DNA of 64,000 nt from NCBI GenBank assembly GCA_002500505.1, contig DLRM01000035.1, forward strand, positions 35,709 through 99,708, given 5' to 3'. The DNA comes from Planctomycetes bacterium UBA7888 (GTDB lineage Bacteria; Planctomycetota; UBA1135). The position numbers and the translations under genes are program-made. The notes under the pieces were generated by a model. That model was not told the origin of the DNA. It made no database searches and was given only the letters and a program-made list of their open reading frames with translations. This document shows positions 17,622 to 27,999 of the stretch, piece after piece (the stretch's first letter is position 1; every line of letters starts with the position of its first letter).

Positions 17622-20600
17622 TCACCAAACGAGCTCAGGTAGTTTGCGAACGAGGACGTGGGTGTCACGGTTACACCCAATTGGTCCCCAGTAGTTGAAG
17701 TGGAAGGTGAACTGACCGTAGCCACCAATCATCAAGTTGGGCTTGAGACGGGTACGGGTCAGGCTGTTGTGTCCACCCGCACGACGCTTGCCGCGGAGTG
17801 GAGATTTCGGAACCGAGTAAGTCCTTTCCGGAGAGTGGTAAATGATGCAGATACCTTTGGGGATCCTTGCACTCACTGCGGCGCGAGTCACAACAACTCC
17901 ATGGTCATTGTGTACTTCCACCCAGTCATTGTCATTCACGCCAATGGATTCAGCCTCTTTATCATTAATCCAGAAGGGCTCCACGCCACGACTCAAGGTC
18001 GTCATACGGTGGTTGTCCCCATAGGTCGAGTGGATGTGCCATTTACCGTGCGGGGTCAAGAAGTTGAGGCAAAGAGTGTCGTCTTTGCGCTGACCTGTTT
18101 CATAACCCGCAGGGTCTGTAATCCGCATGTCCGAGTATTCCATCGGCAATGGCTTCGGTTTGTAGGTTGGGAGGTGTTCGCCAAACTGAATGTAACCTGG
18201 GTGGTCCAAGTAGAAGTGCTGACGTCCCGTCAAAGTTCTCCAAGGCACCATTTCTTCCACGTTATAGGAGAAAGGTGAGTAGGTTCGGCCATCATCAATC
18301 AATGCGGACCACATTGGAGAGTTGTGCAAGCGACGAGGCTGAGCTTGAATGTCCCTTGAGTTCATTCGAACCGAGCGAGTTTTGCTTCCCAGCTTGTCAG
18401 CTAGTGGCAAACCGACCTTCTCTTCCATGTTCTTGTAAGAACGGTAAGCGAGCTCTCCATTCGTTACAGAGGCAAGATTGAGGATGGCATCAACCACATG
18501 CTTGCCTGTCTTCAGGGAAGGGAGTTTCTGGCCATCGACCACTTCAACATCACCATGCTCGACCATTTCATCGTAATAATCGTCAATCATGTAGTGTGTT
18601 CCGTGGGCACCGATTCCTTTTTCGCGGGCATTCGGACCGTAAGAGACATACTGCTGGTAGAGCTTCCTGTAATCACGCTTGACAACCTTCAAGCCAGGCA
18701 TGGTCTTTCCAGGAATAGCTTCGACTTCGCCTTTGTCCCAATCCAGCATTTCGGTTTGCGCAATTTCAGCAGGAGTGTCATGTGCAAGCGGGGATGCGAC
18801 CACATCTTCCACTGCATCGGGAAGATGCGTTTCGGCAAGCTCTGCAACCGCTTTTGAAATTTCAGCAAAGATGTCCCAGTCGGACTTGGACTCCCAACAG
18901 GGGGGTACAGCTTGCGACAACGGATGCACGAAGGTGTGCATGTCCGTGGTATTGATATCGTCTTTCTCGTACCAAGTTGCGGCAGGGAGGACGATGTCGG
19001 AGTAGAGAGCTGAAGTATCCATGCGGAAGTTCAGGTCTACGACCAAGTCCATTTTGCCCTTGGGTGCTTTCTTCAAGAACTCAACGGTTTTCACGCTACC
19101 TTCGGCAACTTCGTCGGCAATCTTGTTGTTGTGTGTTCCAAGGTAGTGATCCAAGAAATACTCATGACCCTTTGCAGAACTCATGAGAGCGTTCCCTCTC
19201 CAAATGAACCATAAGCGTGGCCAACATTCGGCATGGTCAGGCTTTTCGATGGCGAACTTCAAGCTACCGCCTTTCAGTTCATCCACAACATGCTTCACGA
19301 TGCCTGCTTCGTCGCTTGCGCCAGCAGCGCGCGCTTCTTCAGCCAAAGCAATCGGGCTCTTATCAAACTGTGGATAGAAAGGCAGCCATCCATTCTTCAC
19401 AGCGCGAACATTTGCATCAATCGTATGCCCTTGAGCCAAAGTGTTTTCAGGCTGCTTCGGCGGAACTGTCTGGTATTCGCGGAAGCTTCGCTCGTAGCGC
19501 CACTGGTCCGTGTTGACGTAGTGCCAACTTGGCGCATTTTGCAAACGTACGGCGGGCACCCAGTCCTTCGCAAAAGCAATGTTGCCCCATGGCTCGCCCG
19601 GCGCGAGCTTCTCTTGGCCCACATAGTGAGCTAAACCACCGCCATTGACCCCGATACACCCACAAAACATGAGGGCGTGAATCGCTGAACGGTACATGAG
19701 GTTGGCGTGGTACCAATGGTTGATACCCGCACCAATGATGACCGTGCATTTCCCATTGGTATGCTCGGCTGTAATGGCCCATTCGCGAGCAAACTTGATG
19801 ATGTTCTTCCGGTCAATCCCGGTATATTTCTCGCCCCAAGCAGGCGTGTAAACGGCATCGGTGTCGTAATCAGAAGGGTACTCCCCTTCCAAACCGCGGG
19901 AAACGCCGTACTGCGCCATCAGCAAGTCGTAGATCGTTGCAACAGTAACTGGACCGCCGGAAGTTTGAACCGTGCGAACAGGAACACCGCGGCGACGAGA
20001 TTCATCTTCGCCAAAGTCATCCAAGCGAACTTGAACAATGCCTTCATTATTGTTGAGGAAGGTCAGTTCGGCATCAATATCAGAACCGTCCTTTCCATCT
20101 TTTGGCAACAGGTTCCACTGACCTTTCTTTTCATTAGCCCAGCGGTGACCCGATGCGCCCATAGGCATCTTGGGTCGGTTGTCGCCCTTGTCCCAGTGAA
20201 GGAATTTCCACTCTTTATGCTCTTCATCGGCGTAAGCATCCATGCGGCCTGCACGAAGCATTTGACCAGCTTCCCACTCATCGCCATCTTGGGTGAGTTC
20301 AACTAAGAAAGGGGAGTCGGTGTACTTCTTGGCGTAGTCCAGGAAGTAAGGAGTCTGCTTCTCGTGGTGGAATTCCTTCAGAATTACGTGGTTCACAGCC
20401 ATCCACCATGCGCCATCTTGGCCGGCGTTGAGTGAAACCCACTCGTCGGCATACTTGGCAACCTGGTTGAAGTCAGGCGAGAATACGACCATCTTTGACC
20501 CGTTGTGTCGTGCTTCGGCGGCGAAGTGGACATCAGGGGTTCGGGTCATGTTCAAGTTACTTCCCATGACCGCCAACATCTTGGCGTGGTACCAGTCTGC

Positions 20601-21287
20601 GGACTCGTTCACGTCGGTTTGCTCGCCCCAAGTTTCCGGAGAAGCGGAAGGCAAATCGCAATACCAGTCGTAGAAACTAAGAGCTAGTCCACCCATCAAC
20701 TGCAACATTCGTGCGCCGGATGCATAGCTGACCTGAGACATTGCAGGAATCGGGGAGAAACCGGCGATGCGGTCGGGCCCGTGGTCCTTAATGGTCTTCA
20801 CTGCGGACGCCGCAATAATTTCCTTTGCAGTGTCCCAAGATGTGCGGCGGAAACCACCCTTGCCGCGGGCGCGTTGGTAACGCTCACGCTTAACAGGATC
20901 GTCCGTAATAGAACGCCAGGCAGCCACGGTGTCGTTTGGATGCACGGCTTTGGCTTGTTTCCACAAGTCAAGGATGGCGCCACGGACATATGGGTACTTC
21001 ACCCGAAGTGGGCTGTAGAGGTACCAAGAATAAGAGATGCCGCGCTGACAACCACGTGGTTCGTGCGGAGGAACAGTCTTGTCCAGGGTTGGGTAATCCA
21101 CCGCCTGCATTTCCCAGGTCACAATTCCATCCTTGACATAAATCTGCCAAGAACAAGAACCGGTGCAATTCACGCCATGAGTGGAGCGCACAATCTTGTC
21201 GTGCTGCCAACGGTTACGGTAGAACTCTTCCCACGCACGGGTTCCGGGTTCAACCGAGTCTTTAATCCAAGGGTTTTGAGTACTCAT
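17622..21287 (-). CDS. narG: Nitrate reductase / nitrite oxidoreductase alpha (Mo-bisPGD) subunit, cytoplasmic type
   Basis: [14 protein letters not shown]...PRGCQRG FS0 motif; FYDWYCDLP Mo-ligand region; HYVGQEK; no twin-arginine signal. Confidence 0.97.
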   Translation of the reverse strand: MSTQNPWIKDSVEPGTRAWEEFYRNRWQHDKIVRSTHGVNCTGSCSWQIYVKDGIVTWEMQAVDYPTLDKTVPPHEPRGCQRGISYSWYLYSPLRVKYPYVRGAILDLWKQAKAVHPNDTVAAWRSITDDPVKRERYQRARGKGGFRRTSWDTAKEIIAASAVKTIKDHGPDRIAGFSPIPAMSQVSYASGARMLQLMGGLALSFYDWYCDLPSASPETWGEQTDVNESADWYHAKMLAVMGSNLNMTRTPDVHFAAEARHNGSKMVVFSPDFNQVAKYADEWVSLNAGQDGAWWMAVNHVILKEFHHEKQTPYFLDYAKKYTDSPFLVELTQDGDEWEAGQMLRAGRMDAYADEEHKEWKFLHWDKGDNRPKMPMGASGHRWANEKKGQWNLLPKDGKDGSDIDAELTFLNNNEGIVQVRLDDFGEDESRRRGVPVRTVQTSGGPVTVATIYDLLMAQYGVSRGLEGEYPSDYDTDAVYTPAWGEKYTGIDRKNIIKFAREWAITAEHTNGKCTVIIGAGINHWYHANLMYRSAIHALMFCGCIGVNGGGLAHYVGQEKLAPGEPWGNIAFAKDWVPAVRLQNAPSWHYVNTDQWRYERSFREYQTVPPKQPENTLAQGHTIDANVRAVKNGWLPFYPQFDKSPIALAEEARAAGASDEAGIVKHVVDELKGGSLKFAIEKPDHAECWPRLWFIWRGNALMSSAKGHEYFLDHYLGTHNNKIADEVAEGSVKTVEFLKKAPKGKMDLVVDLNFRMDTSALYSDIVLPAATWYEKDDINTTDMHTFVHPLSQAVPPCWESKSDWDIFAEISKAVAELAETHLPDAVEDVVASPLAHDTPAEIAQTEMLDWDKGEVEAIPGKTMPGLKVVKRDYRKLYQQYVSYGPNAREKGIGAHGTHYMIDDYYDEMVEHGDVEVVDGQKLPSLKTGKHVVDAILNLASVTNGELAYRSYKNMEEKVGLPLADKLGSKTRSVRMNSRDIQAQPRRLHNSPMWSALIDDGRTYSPFSYNVEEMVPWRTLTGRQHFYLDHPGYIQFGEHLPTYKPKPLPMEYSDMRITDPAGYETGQRKDDTLCLNFLTPHGKWHIHSTYGDNHRMTTLSRGVEPFWINDKEAESIGVNDNDWVEVHNDHGVVVTRAAVSARIPKGICIIYHSPERTYSVPKSPLRGKRRAGGHNSLTRTRLKPNLMIGGYGQFTFHFNYWGPIGCNRDTHVLVRKLPELVW

Positions 21288-22111
21288 CGTTTAGACGCCT
21301 CCACCATGGGGATTCGGGTGGCGCGGAAGCGGCCTCTCCAAAGGAAGCCGAACAGAAGGAGAATCGCCGCGGCTGCCGCCACGCCGGTGTAGAAGAAAGA
21401 AGCCTTTTGGGTAGCTGGCTCGACGCCGTCCTTCCCGTTTACAGAAAAGAAGGCGACCAATGCCCGGATTTCAGAATCGGACATCTGCGCATCCTTAAAG
21501 ATGGGCTTCATGGTTTCCGATGCGGGTGAGGACAACCAGGCGCTGAGGCCACGGCTCTCACCAAGACGGGAATAAACAGTGGTCAGGTCAGGGCCCAGAC
21601 TGCCGCCCCCGAAGAAACCGCCAACATTGGAAACATTGTGGCAAGAAATGCAAGCAGGAGTCCCTTTTAGGAAACTTTCGGTTCCAAGAAACAGGTCCAT
21701 GCCTCGGTTCATTTCTTCAGCGGTGAAGGGGATTTCCTCCTCGACGGGCGCTGGTTCCAAGATGGTGCCGGATTTCGATGCGATGTAATCCAAAAGGGCG
21801 TTCGCCATTTTGGTATCCACACCAGGGAGCTTTGGCATCGGAACATTGTTGGAGGCAGCCAACAATTCCTGGGCATAAGAATCGCCACTTGCAAGCACGG
21901 CGGTTGGATCCACCATGAACTTCACAAGCCATTCGCGACTCTGGCGTTCATTTACGCCGTGTAGGTCGGGACCAATCAAGCGACCTGCACCAATCGTGTG
22001 GCAGGCCGCGCAATTCGTCTCGAAGAAAGTCTGCGCCGCTTCCTGGGCCCCAAGGGCGGAAGTGCCGGCAAGCAGCAGAATCAGTGTGAGTGTGGATTTC
22101 AGTTTCAACAC
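21284..22111 (-). CDS. Membrane-anchored di-heme c-type cytochrome (NarC-like)
   Basis: Signal peptide, two CxxCH motifs (CAACH, CISCH), distal Met candidates and a C-terminal TM helix. GGAG SD before GTG 22111; ATGA-coupled to narG. Confidence 0.9.
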   Translation of the reverse strand: MLKLKSTLTLILLLAGTSALGAQEAAQTFFETNCAACHTIGAGRLIGPDLHGVNERQSREWLVKFMVDPTAVLASGDSYAQELLAASNNVPMPKLPGVDTKMANALLDYIASKSGTILEPAPVEEEIPFTAEEMNRGMDLFLGTESFLKGTPACISCHNVSNVGGFFGGGSLGPDLTTVYSRLGESRGLSAWLSSPASETMKPIFKDAQMSDSEIRALVAFFSVNGKDGVEPATQKASFFYTGVAAAAAILLLFGFLWRGRFRATRIPMVEASKR

Positions 22112-22136
22112 GGTTTTTTCTCCGTGCCCACACAGG

Positions 22137-22153
22137 AACAAATCTCGTGCCAA
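22137..22153 (-). promoter_or_regulatory. Sigma-54 (-24/-12) promoter of the nar operon
   Basis: TTGGCACG-AGAT-TTGTT versus consensus TGGCACG-N4-TTGC (correct spacing, one mismatch at -12); adjacent gene is a sigma-54 activator. Confidence 0.75.
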
Positions 22154-22259
22154 CTCAAGCGAGGCAGAATACGAACCCTGCCCCAATCCGAAACGCCCCT
22201 AACTCATTTACAGCAAATAGCTTACGAACTCAAAAGACTTCGTCTCAATACCTGGAGGC

Positions 22260-22275
22260 GCATCCGCTTGGATGC
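22260..22275. promoter_or_regulatory. Candidate upstream activator site 1
   Basis: Palindrome GCATCC-gctt-GGATGC about 110 bp upstream of the -24 element. Confidence 0.6.
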
Positions 22276-22325
22276 ACCATCTCTCACGCTTTCCCTTAAC
22301 GCCCTATCCCATAAAGAGTTTTGCG

Positions 22326-22343
22326 TGCTTCCATCAGGAAGCA
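22326..22343. promoter_or_regulatory. Candidate upstream activator site 2
   Basis: Palindrome TGCTTCC-atca-GGAAGCA with the same GCWTCC-N4-GGAWGC pattern as site 1. Confidence 0.6.
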
Positions 22344-22356
22344 GGGGCCGCTAACC

Positions 22357-23748
22357 CTAGTTTTCATCGGGGACGAATCGAGTTCGGTCCACGCCTAATT
22401 GTTTCAATATTTTTTGAAAAGCAGCCCGAGTCAAACCGCAACTGGTTGCAGCCTGTGTGACATTCCCAAGACTCTTTTCGAGAGCCCTTTGAACGAATTC
22501 TCTCTGGAAATCTCCCATAGCCAGAGCCTTGGCCTCGGAATAGTTCTGATCCCCCGCTTCAGCAGTGACACCCCACTCCTGGGACTCTAGGCCCAGATGA
22601 AAAGGCATCAAGCACTCCCCACAGCAAACAATTATCGCTCGTTGAATAGCATTCTCTAACTCGCGAACATTCCCTGGCCACTCATAAGTCCTAAGCCTCT
22701 GGAGAGTTTCCTGGCTGAGTTCAGGTGGAGTTGCCTCTTCTCCCAAACATTCCTGAGTCGCTCGTAACAAAAAGTGCATCGCGAGGGGAACAATATCGCC
22801 TGGCCGTTCACGCAGAGGAGGAATGTGCACTTGTACGACTTGCAAACGGTAATAAAGGTCTTCCCGGAACTTTCCGGCTTGCACCATCGCTTCGAGATCT
22901 CGGTTGGTCGCCGCAATTAATCGGAAAGAGACGGGAACATCCGCACTTCCTCCCACCGGGCGAATCACTTTTTCCTGCAGAACCCGCAACAGTTTGCCTT
23001 GGAAAGCCGGAGACATAGAAGAGACTTCATCCAAAAAGACCGTCCCCCCCTCTGCCAACGCAAAAAGGCCGCGACGGTCTCGGTCTGCTCCAGTAAATGC
23101 CCCTCGGACATGACCGAAGAGTTCGGATTCCAACAAAGTGTCCGAAAGTGCGGCACAGTTAACCGCTTGGAAGTCACAATCAGACACCATACTTCGACGA
23201 TGAATTGCTCGAGCAATGACTTCCTTTCCAGAACCAGACTCCCCTTCAATTAAAACCGGCACAGGTTGTGGAGCAACCTTCTCAACCAAAGAAAGAACTC
23301 GCTTGGTAGCGGGATCCTCAGCAACCATTACGTCTATCCCAATCTTCGGACTTTGTCTCTTGGCAAGAAGTTGCATGCCAAGGCGCTGAATAATCCCTAA
23401 GATTTCTTCGTTGTCGAAGGGCTTAGTGAGGAAATGCGAAGCACCAGCCTGCACGCATTGCACTGCAGTTTGCACGGTTCCAAATCCAGTTAACAAAACA
23501 ACTGCGACATCTGGCCAAGTCTTTTTAATTTCCGCCAATAGCTCCGAGCCCGTCATTCCTGGCATCATCAAATCCGTCAACACTAAATCCCATTCTTGAT
23601 TGCGAAGCTGAGTGAGGGCTTCCAATCCGTCGGCAGCTTGACCGGCTTGAATACCCAGAGTGCCCAAGAGTCGAGTGAGCCCCAAACGGATGTCGGCCTC
23701 GTCATCAACGACGAGAACATGGAGTTCAGAAATCTTGGGTGGGGTCAT
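22357..23748 (-). CDS. Sigma-54-dependent response regulator (NtrC family: REC, AAA+, HTH)
   Basis: VVDDE and TDLMMP receiver; GESGSGKE; ESELFGHVRGAFTGA; FLDEV; WPGNVRELEN; Fis-type HTH. Confidence 0.96.
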   Translation of the reverse strand: MTPPKISELHVLVVDDEADIRLGLTRLLGTLGIQAGQAADGLEALTQLRNQEWDLVLTDLMMPGMTGSELLAEIKKTWPDVAVVLLTGFGTVQTAVQCVQAGASHFLTKPFDNEEILGIIQRLGMQLLAKRQSPKIGIDVMVAEDPATKRVLSLVEKVAPQPVPVLIEGESGSGKEVIARAIHRRSMVSDCDFQAVNCAALSDTLLESELFGHVRGAFTGADRDRRGLFALAEGGTVFLDEVSSMSPAFQGKLLRVLQEKVIRPVGGSADVPVSFRLIAATNRDLEAMVQAGKFREDLYYRLQVVQVHIPPLRERPGDIVPLAMHFLLRATQECLGEEATPPELSQETLQRLRTYEWPGNVRELENAIQRAIIVCCGECLMPFHLGLESQEWGVTAEAGDQNYSEAKALAMGDFQREFVQRALEKSLGNVTQAATSCGLTRAAFQKILKQLGVDRTRFVPDEN

Positions 23749-25997
23749 GACAGGTCAGGGCTAGGCATTTTGCCAGATACGGAGAGGGGGAAACGGACCT
23801 CAAAACAAGTTCCTTTTTCAGAGGTTTCGACCATTGACAATCCACCGTGATGCAATTCTGCAATTCGGCGAGCCGTGGGCAAGCCAAGCCCCGTTCCTTC
23901 GCCCGCTGACTTGGTTGTATAGAAGGGACGGAAAATCTCTTCCAACTTTTCTTCGGGTATCCCTGATCCCGTATCGAGAACCTGAACGAGAATGGAACCA
24001 CTTTCGACTCGACTCCCCACCGAAACCGTCCCCGAACCTTCGATTGCTTGAACAGAATTCATAACGAGGTTCACAAAAATTTGTCTAAGTTGAACTTCAT
24101 CGCCAAGAATACAGGAAAGATCCGCCTTTAGGTTGGACTCCAAAGAAACGTGGTGGCGGTCGGCAAGTGGACGAAGAAAACGGAGAGCGTCATCAATCAC
24201 ATCGTGGACATTTACTTCACCTGAATCTGTTCCGCCCTTCGACGCGTAACCTAAAAGTTCGCGAATTACCCGTTTGCACGTTTCAGTGTTACGCGAGATG
24301 ACATCTATGTTTTCTTGCAAGGGGGAATCTTCAGCAAGTTCCGTCTGCATCATTTGACTGAACATGCTGATTGATGCCAAGGGGTTATTAAGTTCGTGCG
24401 CCATAACGGCAGCAACTTCCCCCAGCACGGCTAGGCGTTCTTGATGGACCTCACGTTCTTCCCCTTCAATGCGCTCGGTGATATCCCGGCCAACCAAAAT
24501 CCGTCCTTGCCTGCCGGTATCACCAATAGGGAGTGGTGTTGCGTGAATCTCATAAATCCGATTGCCCACATCCAAGACGCAGGATTTCATAGGAGCCTGC
24601 AAATCCGCAAGGCAATCTGCGCAACTCTCGGCTGGATTTCTAGTTCCTTCACCACACGGAAAATGGGAAAGAGAATCTCGTAGGCTCCCCTTCGAGGAAA
24701 AGACCTCCAAAAGGGGGCCAGCTGCGTGATTGGAAAGACTGACATTGCCTTCCTCGTCCAATACCACAAGCCCATCACGCATTGTCGAAATCACATGGTC
24801 AAGCCGGTCGCGCTGAGCTCGTGATTCAGCTTGACGAAGCTGCAACTGCTTGGCATTACTTACCAACTCTTCGCTCCGACTTTGGACAGCAGAAGCCATC
24901 AAGTTAAACGACTTTGCCAAGTCTCCGACCTCATCATTAGTGTTAACCGTTACCCGAGCTGAAAAATCTCCTTGGCGGATTTTAGTAGCAGCTTCGCTCA
25001 GCATCATCAATGGGCGGGCCAAGAATTGGAGCGGAAAATAAAGTAGAAGAATGGAGGCAATGGTCATCAAGGTGCCCACCAAAAGGAATTCATTTTGAAG
25101 ACCTGAAACCGGGGCCAAAGCGTTGGAAGCTTGAATCGAAACCTCGGCATTCCAACCGGTATCCCCAATAGGAAAGCTCCGCCGATAAAAATTTTCGCGT
25201 GCCTCCTCTGTTTCCTTTTCATTGGTTGGAGCACCTAAGACAATTAATCCACGACCTTCTCGGACAGCAGCAGCGTCAGGGGAGTCGTAATTCAAGAAAC
25301 GGGGGGTAACCTCAAGTGTCTGCGCCTGTGAATCCTGAAGACGGAGACTGACATCCTCTGCTGTGCGGTCGCGACCAAGTCGATCCGTTCGCATGGCGTC
25401 AGCAATCCAATGACCCACCTGAACTTCCGCAACCAGTCGACCGATGGGCTCCACACTTCGCAATCCGAAAATGGGGGTACTTAAGAAAACAGAGGGAGAA
25501 ATCCCCTCGTCGCCGGGAAACAGTTGGCTGCACTGGGATTGATTGGCTTGGATGGCCCATTTTGATAATCCCTGACTCCGTCCCCCATTACGAGGGTTCA
25601 GGTTGGCGACCAAGTCGCCGCGGGCAGAAATGACCAAAAGGTCCGAAAATGCCGTCTCCAAAGGAAGCTTGTTGACCCGGAGGTGCCGAAGAAGCTCCTT
25701 GCGAAGTTGCCCTACATCCTGAAGCTGGCCGCTTCCAATCCGAGCAAGGTGGTCTCGAATGTAGCCATCCGAGGCAAAATCTTCACTCCGACGCAGGAGC
25801 ATCTCAAGATAGGCATTCAAATCTGTGGAATAAGCCTGACATTGGAACTCCAGGCGCTGGAGAATCTGCTCCTCCAGAGAGCTTTTGGCACTTTTTGAGA
25901 TGAGATACCCCCCCACCCCAAAGGCCAGCGTACAGAGACCCACAAAACCAAGCGCCAGCTTGTATTTGACGGATAGCCAGTGGAGGGGGTCCCGCAT
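23745..25997 (-). CDS. Sensor histidine kinase (periplasmic sensor, HAMP, PAS, HisKA, HATPase)
   Basis: Two TM helices; HAMP (DEVGDLAKSFNLM); H-box AHELNNPL; N, G1 and G2 boxes (GTGLGL). Start re-called at ATG 25997 after a TATCAT box. Confidence 0.95.
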   Translation of the reverse strand: MRDPLHWLSVKYKLALGFVGLCTLAFGVGGYLISKSAKSSLEEQILQRLEFQCQAYSTDLNAYLEMLLRRSEDFASDGYIRDHLARIGSGQLQDVGQLRKELLRHLRVNKLPLETAFSDLLVISARGDLVANLNPRNGGRSQGLSKWAIQANQSQCSQLFPGDEGISPSVFLSTPIFGLRSVEPIGRLVAEVQVGHWIADAMRTDRLGRDRTAEDVSLRLQDSQAQTLEVTPRFLNYDSPDAAAVREGRGLIVLGAPTNEKETEEARENFYRRSFPIGDTGWNAEVSIQASNALAPVSGLQNEFLLVGTLMTIASILLLYFPLQFLARPLMMLSEAATKIRQGDFSARVTVNTNDEVGDLAKSFNLMASAVQSRSEELVSNAKQLQLRQAESRAQRDRLDHVISTMRDGLVVLDEEGNVSLSNHAAGPLLEVFSSKGSLRDSLSHFPCGEGTRNPAESCADCLADLQAPMKSCVLDVGNRIYEIHATPLPIGDTGRQGRILVGRDITERIEGEEREVHQERLAVLGEVAAVMAHELNNPLASISMFSQMMQTELAEDSPLQENIDVISRNTETCKRVIRELLGYASKGGTDSGEVNVHDVIDDALRFLRPLADRHHVSLESNLKADLSCILGDEVQLRQIFVNLVMNSVQAIEGSGTVSVGSRVESGSILVQVLDTGSGIPEEKLEEIFRPFYTTKSAGEGTGLGLPTARRIAELHHGGLSMVETSEKGTCFEVRFPLSVSGKMPSPDLS

Positions 25998-26047
25998 GCC
26001 AACATGATAAACTCGGAGGTTGTGTTGCACTCCTTTGCACGCATGAC

Positions 26048-27202
26048 ATGATTAATCACCTTGAAGAACGAGCGGCTCGAACCGGCTTGGGAGGCATTCC
26101 AACCCTGGTTCAAGAAGGTCAGCGATTATCCGAAGCGCACTGCTTAGCTTTGTTGAAAAGCGATGATCTTGCCTTGATGGGGCTCTTAGCCAATCAAGTT
26201 CGAGAAAAACGGCACGGTGATGTGGCCTATTACAACGTCAACATCCATGTCAACTACACCAATTACTGCAACCAATACTGCGATTTTTGCGCTTTCCAGC
26301 GGCGCCCCAAAGACGATGGCGCCTATTGCATGACCCCAGAGCAGATTCATGAAGAGCTCTCCAAGGCGAATCCTGAGGCCACTGAGGTCCACATGGTTGC
26401 CGGGGTTTGGCCTGCGCTTCCCTACGAGTATTTCCTCGATATCGTCCGGGCTGCGAAATCTGCCCGACCGAACATCCATGTCAAAGCTTTCACCATGGTC
26501 GAAATTGACCAAATTGTGAAAACTGCCGGAAAGCCCCTAGGCGATGTTCTTGACGAGCTGAAAGAAGCAGGATTGGGCTCGATGCCCGGAGGCGGTGCAG
26601 AAATCTTTTCTGAACGCGTACGACAAGAGCTTTACCCAAAAAAAATGGGGGCTGAACGATGGATTGAACTTGCACGTGATATTCACAACCATGGCTATCG
26701 AACCAACTGCACCATGCTTTATGGCATGACTGAAACTTTGGAAGAACGCGCAGACCACTTAAATCGATTGCGAAATCTCCAAGATGAAACAGGTGGCTTC
26801 CAGACCTATATCCCACTGGCCTTCCACCCTGAAAATACTCCTGGGCTTTCGCACCTACCCCAACCCGGGCCCACCGAACGGCTCAAAGCCATCGCCATCG
26901 GTCGCCTCTTCCTAGATAACATCGCCCATATCAAAGCCTATTGGGTCATGCTCGGCCTCCCCGTCGCTCAACTCGCCCTAGGTATGGGCGCAGATGATAT
27001 CGATGGCACTGTAACCCAGGAAAAGGTGTACCACGATGCCGGCGCGGGCACTCCAGAGAACTTGGATCGGGACTTCATTCACCGCCTAATTCGGGAAGCC
27101 CATCGCCAGCCCGTTGAGCGGGGCACTCTTTACGAAGTCATTCGAGAATTCCCAATAGCGAATGATTCCATTCCTACATCTCCTACTCCCCTCTCGGTTT
27201 AA
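26048..27202 (+). CDS. mqnE: Aminofutalosine synthase (radical SAM)
   Basis: NYTNYCNQYCDFCAF, EVHMVAG, HVKAFTMVEI, HIKAYWVMLG, DDIDGTV..EKVYHDAGA. Confidence 0.92.
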   Translation: MINHLEERAARTGLGGIPTLVQEGQRLSEAHCLALLKSDDLALMGLLANQVREKRHGDVAYYNVNIHVNYTNYCNQYCDFCAFQRRPKDDGAYCMTPEQIHEELSKANPEATEVHMVAGVWPALPYEYFLDIVRAAKSARPNIHVKAFTMVEIDQIVKTAGKPLGDVLDELKEAGLGSMPGGGAEIFSERVRQELYPKKMGAERWIELARDIHNHGYRTNCTMLYGMTETLEERADHLNRLRNLQDETGGFQTYIPLAFHPENTPGLSHLPQPGPTERLKAIAIGRLFLDNIAHIKAYWVMLGLPVAQLALGMGADDIDGTVTQEKVYHDAGAGTPENLDRDFIHRLIREAHRQPVERGTLYEVIREFPIANDSIPTSPTPLSV

Positions 27203-27999
27203 TGTTGAGAATCGGAACGGTTCCTTATTTGGTGGCACGGCCCTTAACGGAGGGGCTGGATGCGGAACCCTCCGTTCAACTAAGCACTGCTCCCCCCGCT
27301 GAGCTCGCCCGGCGATTATCAAGCGGCGAGCTTGATATTGCTTTAGCAAGTTCCATTCTGGCCCTTGGTGAAGACGCACTGGACTTTTGGTCTGATGGCC
27401 CAGTCATCGCCTGCGATGGTCCCATCCAATCGGTTCTTCTTTTCCTTTCGCCTCGGCTCCAGTCACCCTCTGAAATCCAAAGTTTGCTCCTCGACCCCAA
27501 TAGTCGAACCGGGAGGGAACTTGCTCGGATTTGCCTTCGCGACGCCTTTGACCTTGAACCTCACGCCATCGAGGCCCCTTTGGAGCAAGACCCTTTTGAA
27601 TCTGGCGCCGATGCGGTGCAACTAATTGGGGACCCCGCACTCTTAGCGACTCAAACTCATCCCGATTGGACGACTGTGGACCTTGGGGAAACCTGGAAAA
27701 AACTAACTGGCCTTCCCTTCGTCTTTGCGGGTTGGATTTGCCGCACGGGTTTTGACCCTGAAGAAGTAGCACCAATTTTGGAAAAAGCGGCCGAACGGGG
27801 CTTGAGCCGCCGTAGCGAACTGGCGCAATCCACAGACTTAGGAAACTTACCGATTGAGTTTTTGGATAATTACCTCCACGAAACTATTCATTTCCGGCTT
27901 TCACAAGAGCAAATCCGTGGAGCGATTGCCGAATTTGGCCTTCGTGCGGATCTGGACATTCACCGGATTCGCCTTGAATCAAAATCGGTAGCCCAATGA
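27202..27999 (+). CDS. mqnA: Chorismate dehydratase (futalosine pathway)
   Basis: IGTVPYLVARPL, SRTG, LIGDPAL, DLGETWKKLTGLPFVFAGW. Confidence 0.9.
   Translation: MLRIGTVPYLVARPLTEGLDAEPSVQLSTAPPAELARRLSSGELDIALASSILALGEDALDFWSDGPVIACDGPIQSVLLFLSPRLQSPSEIQSLLLDPNSRTGRELARICLRDAFDLEPHAIEAPLEQDPFESGADAVQLIGDPALLATQTHPDWTTVDLGETWKKLTGLPFVFAGWICRTGFDPEEVAPILEKAAERGLSRRSELAQSTDLGNLPIEFLDNYLHETIHFRLSQEQIRGAIAEFGLRADLDIHRIRLESKSVAQ

Noticed and set aside
17597-17728. Long narH N-terminal extension overlapping narG
   Set aside because: Family homology starts at MDVRSQ (17596); the extension is an open-frame artefact.
13593-21392. Long antisense ORFs (about 130-206 aa) opposite narK, narH and narG; similar shadows elsewhere
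   Set aside because: They lie wholly on the opposite strand of conserved genes and have no recognisable motifs; typical codon-bias shadows.
13263-22111. Claim that the nar operon is a compositionally distinct genomic island
   Set aside because: GC and codon bias cannot be quantified reliably by eye, and no att sites or mobility genes are visible.
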